Below, piece by piece: positions 20,873-28,955 of a stretch of 64,000 bases of DNA. Position numbers and translations under genes: made by a program. The stretch covers positions 128,001 to 192,000 of the forward strand of contig CAVRCI010000011.1 of NCBI GenBank assembly GCA_963719495.1, given 5' to 3'. A model generated the notes under the pieces. That model had not been told where the DNA came from and did no database searches. It saw nothing but the letters and a program-made list of their open reading frames with translations. Every line of letters begins with the position of its first letter. The stretch's first letter is position 1. This stretch comes from an uncultured Verrucomicrobiae bacterium. Lineage in GTDB: Bacteria; Verrucomicrobiota; Verrucomicrobiia; Chthoniobacterales; JAATET01.

Positions 20873-22006
20873 ATGAAAATTGTCATCGGAGTGGGGATTG
20901 CGGCTCAGCCGATCTCGGCGATCGGGATCGCCTGGACGGCGTTGAATTGGCCGCTCGGATTTCGGGAGCTCGGGTGGGAGGTCTGGCTGGTCGAGGCGCT
21001 CGATTCGGCGAAATGTATCGATTCGGATTGGAATTCGGTGCCGTTTTCCGGGAGTGCGAACGAGGCGCATTGGGGGGCGATGATGGCGGCGTTTGGCTTC
21101 GAGGGTCGGTCGACTTTGTTGGTCGATGGGGAGGCGGGGAATTTGGAGGAGTTGCGGGCCTTCGCGGAGGAGGCGGACGTTTTTCTCAATTACTCGGGGC
21201 ATTTCCGGTCGGAGGCGGTGGAGTTTCCGCGGGCGGTGAAGGTGTATCTGGATGGGGATCCGGCTTTCTCGCAGACTTGGGTGGAGAGCTACGACTGCGA
21301 CATGAATTTTGCGGCTCACGACCGGTTCGTGACGGTGGGGACGACGTGGGGGGCGGCGGACCGGTTTGCGCCGGATTGCGGGATCGAATGGGTGCCGACG
21401 TTTCCGCCGGTGACTTTGCGATACTGGCCGTTCGAGCCGCTGGCGGAGTTCGGGCGGTTCACGACGATCGCGCACTGGGAGGGTTACAACAACGTGGAGT
21501 GGGGGGGGCGGTGGTTGACGGGGAAACGGGAGGAATTTCAGAGGTTCGTGGACGTTCCTCGGTTGGTCTCGGCTCCGATCGAGTTGGCGATGCACGTGGC
21601 GGATCACCGGCTGGAACTGGATCCGTTTCACGCGGCGGGGTGGCAATTTCGCGAGGCGCGTGAGGTTTGTTCTTCGCTGGACGCTTATGCGGACTACCTG
21701 CGGGGATCGTCGGCGGAGTTTTCGGTGGCTAAGGGGGGTTACGTAATTTCGCGGGCGGGGTGGTTCAGCGATCGGAGCGTGTGCTACGCGGCGCTGGGGC
21801 GGCCGCTGGTCTTGCAGGATACGGGGGCGAGCGCGGTGTTGCCGGAGGGGGAGGGGTATTTTGGATTCGTGACGCCGGATGGGGCAGTGGCGGCTTGTGA
21901 ACGGGTGGTGGGGGATTTTGCGAATCAGCAGCGGGCGGCGCGGCGGTTGGCGGAGGATTTTTTTGCGAGTGACGTGGTGTTGCCGAAGTTGTTGGCGCGG
22001 TTGTAG
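20873..22006 (+). CDS. Uncharacterised GT-B-like glycosyltransferase, paralog of 19597-20757
   Basis: AKGGYV...GWFSDRSVCYAALGRPLVLQDTG, DGDP.F shared with the divergent neighbour. Confidence 0.65.
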   Translation: MKIVIGVGIAAQPISAIGIAWTALNWPLGFRELGWEVWLVEALDSAKCIDSDWNSVPFSGSANEAHWGAMMAAFGFEGRSTLLVDGEAGNLEELRAFAEEADVFLNYSGHFRSEAVEFPRAVKVYLDGDPAFSQTWVESYDCDMNFAAHDRFVTVGTTWGAADRFAPDCGIEWVPTFPPVTLRYWPFEPLAEFGRFTTIAHWEGYNNVEWGGRWLTGKREEFQRFVDVPRLVSAPIELAMHVADHRLELDPFHAAGWQFREAREVCSSLDAYADYLRGSSAEFSVAKGGYVISRAGWFSDRSVCYAALGRPLVLQDTGASAVLPEGEGYFGFVTPDGAVAACERVVGDFANQQRAARRLAEDFFASDVVLPKLLARL

Positions 22007-22015
22007 AGAAGCCAC

Positions 22016-22039
22016 GGCTCGGCGGGAGCCTCGCCCTCC
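22016..22039 (-). repeat. REP family A copy (GGAG-type)
   Basis: GGCTCGGCGGGAGCCTCGCCCTCC between convergent genes. Confidence 0.85.
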
Positions 22040-22049
22040 CGGGGGGCTT

Positions 22050-23366
22050 TTATCGTGGCTCTGCGGCCAGGATCTCGCCTTCGGACTGAGCTTTGCCTCG
22101 GTAGGTTTCGCGGAGGAAGGCGCAGGAGATGATGCCGAGGAGCGAGAGGGCGGGGAGGAGGATCATGGCGTTGCGGAAGTCGGCGGCGGAGAAATCTCCG
22201 CTGCTGATGGCGGCCGGGGATTGGGCGAAGTGGTCGAGGAGGACGCCGACGAGGGGTTGGAGGAGGCCGCCGAGGAGCATGACGATCATGTTCACGCAGG
22301 CAATCGAGGTCGCGGCGGCGGGTAGGGGATTTGCCTCGAGGCCGGCGGCGAATCCGACGACCTGGACGCTGGAGGCGAGGCCGATCGCGAAGAGGAGGAT
22401 GATCATGCCGGGGATCGTGGTGGGTGGGGCGAGGACGAGGAAGATGGTGGTGAGGAGGGTGAGGGCTGCGGATCCGGCGAGCATGGATTTGCGGCGGCCG
22501 AGGCGGTCGGAGAGCCAGCCGGCTGCGGGGCCACCGATGAGCCACCCGACGTAGAGGACGGAGATGACGCGGGAGGCGTCGACGACGCTGATGCCCGAGA
22601 CGGCGGTGAGATAAGGGACGCCCCAGAGACCGCCGAAGACGGAGAGTGGGAGGTAGAGGCAGGACGCGACGAAGCCAATGATCCAGGTCTGGGGATTGAA
22701 GAGGACGGCTCGCAGGTGGCCGAACATGCGGGTGAAGGCGGCGGATTTTTCCCGCGGGACTCTGGGTTTCGGATGGGGGTCGGCGGGTGGCTTGGGGAGC
22801 AGGAAGAAGATGGCGGCGGCCACGACCAGGCCGAACAGCGCGGCGTCGCGCAGAGATGCCTGCCAGCCGACGGAGGCGACGAATTGCGCGACGGCGGCGT
22901 TGCCGATGATGGCGCCGACCATGCCGAGGGCGGTCGTCAGGCCCGAGATGAGGGCCATTCGCTGGGGTGGAAACCACTGGGCGGCGGCGTGCATGGCCCC
23001 GACGAACGCGAAGGCCGAGCCGCTACCCTGGAGGAGGCGGGCGGCGAGCAGGACGCCGCCGGAGCCGCCGAGGACTTCAAGAAAGCACCCGGCGACGCAG
23101 AGTAGAATGGCGGGAATGAGGACGCGGCGGGTGCCGAATTCGTCGAGGAATCCGCCGACGACGAGTTGGAGTGGCGCGTAGATGTAGTAGTAGGCCCCGA
23201 GGGCGGCTCCGAGTCCGGCGGCGCTGAGGTGAAAGGATTTCTGCAGCTCCGGCTCCATGACGGAGGGAGCGACGCGGATGAGAAATTCGTAGAGGTAAAA
23301 GAGCGAGACGACTCCCCACGCGATCCAGCCGACGAGCGGGGTGCGAGTTTTTTCCCGAGCTTTCAT
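22050..23366 (-). CDS. MFS transporter
   Basis: 12 TM pattern; GGFLDEFGTRR and GWLSDRLGRRK motif A. Confidence 0.9.
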   Translation of the reverse strand: MKAREKTRTPLVGWIAWGVVSLFYLYEFLIRVAPSVMEPELQKSFHLSAAGLGAALGAYYYIYAPLQLVVGGFLDEFGTRRVLIPAILLCVAGCFLEVLGGSGGVLLAARLLQGSGSAFAFVGAMHAAAQWFPPQRMALISGLTTALGMVGAIIGNAAVAQFVASVGWQASLRDAALFGLVVAAAIFFLLPKPPADPHPKPRVPREKSAAFTRMFGHLRAVLFNPQTWIIGFVASCLYLPLSVFGGLWGVPYLTAVSGISVVDASRVISVLYVGWLIGGPAAGWLSDRLGRRKSMLAGSAALTLLTTIFLVLAPPTTIPGMIILLFAIGLASSVQVVGFAAGLEANPLPAAATSIACVNMIVMLLGGLLQPLVGVLLDHFAQSPAAISSGDFSAADFRNAMILLPALSLLGIISCAFLRETYRGKAQSEGEILAAEPR

Positions 23367-23430
23367 GATGACGTGAGGGGCTTGCAGGTTGCGGGCCAGA
23401 AATCGAGATCGGCGATTCTGCCGACGAAGA

Positions 23431-23476
23431 CCATCACCGATAAAACGTAACGGCCGTTACGTTTTATCGGTGATGG
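23431..23476. repeat. Perfect 46-bp palindrome without loop
   Basis: CCATCACCGATAAAACGTAACGG directly followed by its exact reverse complement. Confidence 0.95.
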
Positions 23477-23574
23477 CGCAAATGGTTTGTGGGTAATTGG
23501 TGTGGGTGATTGGAGCGACGATGGGCGGTTGCGTTGGGACGATTGAGGGCTGGCGCGTATGGTGGTGGGCTGAG

Positions 23575-23658
23575 TGTGAGGTTGGGCGTGAGGTTGGGCG
23601 CGAGGTTGGGTGTGAGGTTGGGTGTGAGGTTGGGTGTGAGGTTGGGTGTGAGGTTGGG
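23575..23658. repeat. 12-bp tandem repeat (YGYGAGGTTGGG)x7
   Basis: Seven consecutive units counted upstream of bioB. Confidence 0.92.
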
Positions 23659-23693
23659 ATTGCGGAATTTGGGTGGGGGTTTAGAAATTCCGG

Positions 23694-24671
23694 ATGGCGA
23701 CGTTTGCTGCATTGAAGGAGATCTATGACCGACCGTTTTTCGATTTGATCGAGGCGGCGCGGGGGGTTCATCGGGCCAATTGGCCGGAACGGGAGATGCA
23801 GCTTTGCACTTTGTTGAGCGTGAAGACGGGGGGGTGCTCGGAGGATTGCAAATATTGCGCTCAGAGTGCGCGGTATCAGACTGGGGTGGAGCGGGAGCAG
23901 CTGATGACGGCGGCGGAGGTGATGCCGATCGCGGAGCAGGCTCGGGCGAATGGGTCGACGCGGTTCTGCATGGGGGCGGCGTGGAAAGGGGTGCGCGCGG
24001 GGGATCCGCGGTTCGAAACCGTCCTCGAGACGATTCGCGAGGTGAGCAAGCTGGGGATGGAGGTGTGCGTGACGCTGGGTCAGGTCGGGGACGCGGAGGC
24101 GGAGCAGCTGCGTGACGCGGGCGTGACGGCTTACAATCACAACATCGACACGTCGCCGGAGCATTACGGCAACATCGTGACGACGCACTCGTTTCAGGAT
24201 CGCCTCGATACGATCGGATCGGTGCAGCGGGCGGGGATGGCGGTTTGTTGCGGCGGGATTCTGGGGATGGGGGAGTCGGAGAAGGACCGGCTGCGGATGC
24301 TGGAGGTGCTGTCGAATTTCGATCCGGTGCCGGAGAGCGTGCCGATCAATTGCCTGATGCCGATGCCGGGGACGCCGCTTGAGGACGCGGTGCCGATCGA
24401 TCCGTTCGAGTTGGTGCGGCTGATCGCGACGGCGCGAATGACTTTGCCAAAGGCGAAAATTCGGCTTTCCGCGGGGCGGACCATTCTGTCGCGGGAGGCG
24501 CAAGCGTTGTGCTTCTTCGCGGGGGCGAACTCGGTTTTTTACGGCGAGAAACTGCTCACGGCGGGGAATCCGGAGGTGAACGAGGATCTGGATCTGATGC
24601 GGGAGTTGGGGCTCGAGGCGCAGCGGCCTTTCAGTGATGTGGCGCGACCGAGGCTGGCCGTGGGGGCCTAA
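23694..24671 (+). CDS. bioB: Biotin synthase
   Basis: KTGGCSEDCKYCAQS radical-SAM motif, YNHNIDTS, PESVPIN, RLSAGR; the N-terminus is short, so the start is uncertain. Confidence 0.95.
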   Translation: MATFAALKEIYDRPFFDLIEAARGVHRANWPEREMQLCTLLSVKTGGCSEDCKYCAQSARYQTGVEREQLMTAAEVMPIAEQARANGSTRFCMGAAWKGVRAGDPRFETVLETIREVSKLGMEVCVTLGQVGDAEAEQLRDAGVTAYNHNIDTSPEHYGNIVTTHSFQDRLDTIGSVQRAGMAVCCGGILGMGESEKDRLRMLEVLSNFDPVPESVPINCLMPMPGTPLEDAVPIDPFELVRLIATARMTLPKAKIRLSAGRTILSREAQALCFFAGANSVFYGEKLLTAGNPEVNEDLDLMRELGLEAQRPFSDVARPRLAVGA

Positions 24672-24712
24672 TTTACTTTGATGTCACGAGCGTTTGGTTG
24701 CAGTTTACGGAC

Positions 24713-24937
24713 ATGACGGTTGAGCGGGTGAAAGATGCGATCGAGTCGAATGACCCGTTCGAGATTCGGATGGCAGACGGGCAGTCCTACTTGGTGCCAC
24801 ACCGGGATTTTATCTCATTCACGCGAAAACAGACGACGGTGATCGTAAGCGGAGAGGATGATCGGTCGCACTTTCTGCCGTTGTTGACGATGACGGGGAT
24901 TTCGCGTCCGACGCGCGATGAATCAATCGCAGCTTAG
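24713..24937 (+). CDS. Small hypothetical protein (PFEIRMADG..Y.VPH.DF type)
   Basis: Compact ORF between bioB and rpiB with a protein-like motif pattern. Confidence 0.65.
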   Translation: MTVERVKDAIESNDPFEIRMADGQSYLVPHRDFISFTRKQTTVIVSGEDDRSHFLPLLTMTGISRPTRDESIAA

Positions 24938-24945
24938 GGCGCAAG

Positions 24946-25407
24946 ATGAAAATTTCCATTGGATCGGATCACGCGGGGTTTGCCTACAAGCGGCGGATCA
25001 TCGAGCACTTGAGGGCGGCTGGGCACGAGGTGCTGGATTGTGGGACGGATTCGGCGGAGGCGACGGATTATCCGTTGTTCATCATTCCGGCGGCCGAGGC
25101 GGTGGTGCGCGGTGACGCGGATCGCGGGATCGTGCTGGGGGGCTCCGGGAACGGGGAGGCGATCGCGGCGAACAAGGTGAAGGGGGTGCGGTGCGCGCTT
25201 TGCTGGAACTCGCAGACGGCGGAATTTTCACGCATGCACAATGACGCGAATGTTTTGTCGATCGGGCAGCGGATGACGTCGATCGAGATCGCGTTGGACA
25301 TCGTGGACATCTGGTTGCGGACGGAATTTCAGGGCGGTCGGCATCAGGGGCGGATCGACGAGTTTGCGCGGTATGAGGTGACGGGGGAGTTGCGGCGGTC
25401 GTCGTGA
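24946..25407 (+). CDS. rpiB: Ribose-5-phosphate isomerase B
   Basis: IGSDHAG, DYP, GGSGNGE.IAANKVKG, HNDANVL, FQGGRH. Confidence 0.95.
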   Translation: MKISIGSDHAGFAYKRRIIEHLRAAGHEVLDCGTDSAEATDYPLFIIPAAEAVVRGDADRGIVLGGSGNGEAIAANKVKGVRCALCWNSQTAEFSRMHNDANVLSIGQRMTSIEIALDIVDIWLRTEFQGGRHQGRIDEFARYEVTGELRRSS

Positions 25408-25436
25408 GGCGCCGGGAGCCGCTGGGCTTTTCTTTC

Positions 25437-25545
25437 GGAGGGCGGGGCTCCCGCCGAGCCGTGGCTTTGTGGGCGTGGCGGCCGTTTTGAGAATGATCGG
25501 GAGGTTTGGGTGATTGATCACGGCTCGGCAGGAGCCTCGCCCTCC
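25437..25545. repeat. REP family A inverted doublet (REPIN) left of RAYT1
   Basis: GGAGGGCGGGGCTCCCGCCGAGCC (25437-25460) facing GGCTCGGCAGGAGCCTCGCCCTCC (25522-25545). Confidence 0.88.
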
Positions 25546-26004
25546 GGTTTGGACGATGTCGGCCGCAGGCGGCCGGTGCACCTGGCGTCTATCGAGCGGT
25601 GCAATACGCCGATCATTGTGTTTTTGACGGTTTGCACGAAGGGGCGGCAGCGGGTGCTGACTACGCCGGAAATGCACGGGGTGCTTCGCAAGGCTTGGGT
25701 GGCTGCCGGGGAGTGGCGGGTGGGGAAATACGTGATTTTGCCGGAGCATCTTCACTTGTTTTGCGGGCCGGGGGTGGCGGGGTTGAACGATCCGACTCGG
25801 TGGGTGCGCTACTGGAAGTCGTTGGTGACGCGGGAGCTGGGTGAATCGATTTGGCAGAGTGGGCATTGGGATACGCAGTTGCGGCGGAGCGAAAGCTATT
25901 CGGCGAAGTGGGAATACGCGCGGTCGAATCCGGTGCGGCATGGGTTGGTGGAGCGGGCCGAGGATTGGACGTTTCAAGGGGAGGTCGCGGAGTTGCGGTG
26001 GTGA
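25510..26004 (+). mobile_element. REP-associated tyrosine transposase (RAYT1, short Y1 HUH type)
   Basis: FLTVCT..R, YVILPEHLH (HUH), WQ...WD..LR, EYARSNPVRHGLV...DW; the real start may lie downstream of the REP. Confidence 0.9.
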
Positions 26005-26030
26005 TTCTTCCCGAAGGGAATCCATAACCC

Positions 26031-26134
26031 GGAGGGCGAAGCTCCCGCTGAGCCGTGGTTGAATGGATTCGGCGTCCTGGGAACGTTTGCAGCGTTGGGG
26101 TGAAGATCACGGCTCGGCGGGAGCCTCGCCCTCC
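26031..26134. repeat. REP family A inverted doublet (REPIN) right of RAYT1
   Basis: Copies at 26031-26054 and 26111-26134 in inverted orientation. Confidence 0.88.
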
Positions 26135-26190
26135 GGGTTTTGGTTTGCCCTTCGGGCGTCCTGCGGACTTGGGAGTTGCGTAGTTTCTAC

Positions 26191-28941
26191 GTGATTGAGG
26201 TGCGTTATTCTCGGGGGGTGGAATTGCCGGAGCTGGGGGCTTCGGGACTTTGGCTGGACCCTCGGGGGCCGACGGACTTTGCGTTTGTTTCGCACGCGCA
26301 TTCCGACCACACGGGGCGGCACCGGGAGTCGATTCTGACGGACGGGACTTCGCGGTTGATGCGGGCTCGGCTGGGGGTGCCGGTGGGGACGGAGCACGTG
26401 CTGGGGTGGCACGAGCGGCGGGAGTTTTCGAACTTTGCGATGACGCTCGTTCCGGCGGGGCACGTGCTGGGTTCGGCGCAGTGTCTGATCGAGTCAGCGG
26501 CGGGTTCTTTGCTTTACACGGGGGATTTCAAACTACGGGCTGGGCTGTCGTCGGAGGTGGCGGAGGCGGTGCCGGCGGAGACGCTCATCATGGAGACGAC
26601 GTTTGGGTTGCCGCACTACGTGTTTCCGCCGGCGGAGGAGGTGATCGCGGGGGTGGTGAAATTCGCGCGGGAGGCGCTGGAGGAGGGGGACGTGCCGGTG
26701 CTGCTGGGTTATTCGCTGGGGAAGGCTCAGGAGATCCTGTCGGCGCTGTCGACGGCGGGGGTTCCGATCATGCTGCACGGGGCGGTCTGGAAGATGACGC
26801 GGGTTTACGAGGGGCTGGGGATCTCGTTTCCGGAGTATCGCAAATACGAGGCCGGGGCGGTGTCGGGTCATGCTCTCATCTGTCCGCCGAACGTGAACGG
26901 GTCGGCGATGCTGCGGAAAATCCGGAACCGGCGGGTGGCGATGCTTTCGGGGTGGGCGATGAATCCGGGGGCGAAGTTTCGGTATCAGGCTGACGCGGCG
27001 TTTCCGCTGTCGGATCACGCGGGGTATGACGATCTGCTGCGGCACGTGGAGGCGGTGGGGCCGAAGCGGGTGCTGACGCTGCACGGATACGCGCGGGAAT
27101 TCGCGGCGGATCTGCGCGAGCGGGGGGTGGAGGCTTGGGCGCTGACGGGGGATAATCAGTTGGAGTTGGCTCTGCCCAAAAAGCGGGAGGCGGCGGTGGC
27201 GGGGGCGCGGGTGAACGAGGCGCTTGGGGCTCCGGTCGAGCCGGTCGAGGTCGGCGGATTCGGAGCGTTTTGCGCGGTTTGTGAGGGGATTGGGCGGACG
27301 ACGGGGAAGCTGGAGAAGGTGCGGATCTTGCGGGAGTTCTTTGCCGGGTTGGGGGACGCGGAGTTGCGGGTGGCGGCGGTGTGGCTGACGGGCAACGCGT
27401 TTTCGCAGGTGGCGGCGCGGCCCTTGCGGGTCGGGTGGGCGGTGATTCGGCGGGCGGTGCTGGCGGTGTCGGGGTTGTCGCCGGGGGATTTTTCGGCGAT
27501 TTCGCGGCGGTGGAATGATTTGGGGTTGACGACCGCGGAGGCGCTGGGTGGAGGCTACGGCTCGGCGGGAGCCTCGCCCTCCGGGGGTGGACGTGGCTCG
27601 GCGGGAGCCTCGCCCTCCGGGGGTGGAGTTTCGCCCTCCATTTTGGAGGTGGATGGGTTTCTGCGGAAGTTGGAGGCGGCGCGGGGGCCGATGGGGAAGG
27701 GGGGGCTGCTCGAGGAGATGTTGCGGCGGATCTCGGCGGGGGAGGCGAAGGTGTTGGTGACGATTCTCACCGGGGAGCTGCGGATTGGTTTGAAGGAGGG
27801 GCTGGTCGAGGAGGCGATTGCGGAGGCTTTCGGGGTCGATGGGGCGGTGGTGCGGGAGGGGAATATGTTGCTCGGCGATCTGGGGGAGACGGCGGTGCGG
27901 GCGCGGGCGGGGTCGTTGGACTCGGTGGAGCTGCGGCCGTTTCGACCGATGAAGGCGATGCTGGCGAGTCCGGAGCCGGATGCGGCGGCGGTGTGGGGTC
28001 GGCTTGGTGGGGCGACGGGGACGGTCTGGCTCGAAGATAAATTGGATGGGATCCGGGCGCAGATGCACGTGGCGGGTGGGGAGTGCCGGATTTTTTCGCG
28101 GGAGCTGAAGGACGTGACGGCGACCTTTCCGGAGATGGCGGCGGCGGCGGTGGCGACGGGGCGGGAGTTCGTGCTGGATGGCGAGATGCTGGCTTGGCAG
28201 GACGGGAAGCCGCTGGGGTTTTTCGAGCTGCAGCGACGCTTGGGGCGGAAGGAACGGGATCTGTTCATGGCGAACGAGGTGCCGGTTTCGTTCCTGGCGT
28301 TCGACGTTTTGTGGGCGGAGGGGCGGTCGGTTTTTCGGGAGGAATTGGCGGAGCGGCGGCGGGTGCTGGATGCGCTAGGGTTGGAAGGATTGTTGAGCGC
28401 GGTGCCGCTGGTGGCGGCGGGGTCGGCGGAGGAGATCGACGCGGCGTTCGACGCGGCGCGGGCGCGGGGGAACGAGGGTCTCATTGCGAAGGATCCGACG
28501 AGCGCGTATTCGCCGGGGCGGCGGGGGCTCTCGTGGATCAAGTTGAAGAAGGCGTTCGCGACGTTGGATTGCGTGATCGTGGCGGCGGAATACGGGCACG
28601 GGAAGCGCGTCGGGGTGCTGAGCGATTACACGTTTGCGGTGCGGGACGCCAAGGGCGGGTTGGCGAACATCGGAAAGGCTTACAGCGGATTGACGGACGT
28701 GGAGATCGCGGAGCTGACCGAGGAACTGCTCGGGCTGGTGGTGCGTCAGCGGGGTCGGGTCTACGACGTCGAGCCGCGGATCGTGCTGGAGATCGCGTTC
28801 GATTCGTTGAACGAGAGCGACCGACATTCGAGTGGGTTGGCGATGCGGTTCCCGCGAATCAAGGGGGTCCGGCGGGACAAGGGGGTCGACGGGATCGACA
28901 GCGTGGCGTCGGCTCGGCGGTTGGTGGCGGGGCGGGGGTGA
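26191..28941 (+). CDS. MBL/beta-CASP nuclease fused to ATP-dependent DNA ligase
   Basis: SHAHSDH, AGHVLGS, YTGDF, LSDHA in the N-terminal part; EDKLDGIR (motif I), NEGLIAK, WIKLK, RFPRI in the ligase part. Confidence 0.92.
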   Translation: MIEVRYSRGVELPELGASGLWLDPRGPTDFAFVSHAHSDHTGRHRESILTDGTSRLMRARLGVPVGTEHVLGWHERREFSNFAMTLVPAGHVLGSAQCLIESAAGSLLYTGDFKLRAGLSSEVAEAVPAETLIMETTFGLPHYVFPPAEEVIAGVVKFAREALEEGDVPVLLGYSLGKAQEILSALSTAGVPIMLHGAVWKMTRVYEGLGISFPEYRKYEAGAVSGHALICPPNVNGSAMLRKIRNRRVAMLSGWAMNPGAKFRYQADAAFPLSDHAGYDDLLRHVEAVGPKRVLTLHGYAREFAADLRERGVEAWALTGDNQLELALPKKREAAVAGARVNEALGAPVEPVEVGGFGAFCAVCEGIGRTTGKLEKVRILREFFAGLGDAELRVAAVWLTGNAFSQVAARPLRVGWAVIRRAVLAVSGLSPGDFSAISRRWNDLGLTTAEALGGGYGSAGASPSGGGRGSAGASPSGGGVSPSILEVDGFLRKLEAARGPMGKGGLLEEMLRRISAGEAKVLVTILTGELRIGLKEGLVEEAIAEAFGVDGAVVREGNMLLGDLGETAVRARAGSLDSVELRPFRPMKAMLASPEPDAAAVWGRLGGATGTVWLEDKLDGIRAQMHVAGGECRIFSRELKDVTATFPEMAAAAVATGREFVLDGEMLAWQDGKPLGFFELQRRLGRKERDLFMANEVPVSFLAFDVLWAEGRSVFREELAERRRVLDALGLEGLLSAVPLVAAGSAEEIDAAFDAARARGNEGLIAKDPTSAYSPGRRGLSWIKLKKAFATLDCVIVAAEYGHGKRVGVLSDYTFAVRDAKGGLANIGKAYSGLTDVEIAELTEELLGLVVRQRGRVYDVEPRIVLEIAFDSLNESDRHSSGLAMRFPRIKGVRRDKGVDGIDSVASARRLVAGRG
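27559..27639. repeat. Two tandem REP-A copies plus a degenerate third inside the ligase CDS
   Basis: Copies at 27559-27582 and 27595-27618 (36-bp period), translated as GSAGASPSGGG twice. Confidence 0.9.
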
Positions 28942-28955
28942 AGGGTCAGCGGCTT

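Noticed and set aside
23464..23728. Small repeat-encoded proteins (TPNL, EVGC or VRLG repeats)
   Set aside because: Several frames stay open only because of the 12-bp repeat; no independent coding evidence
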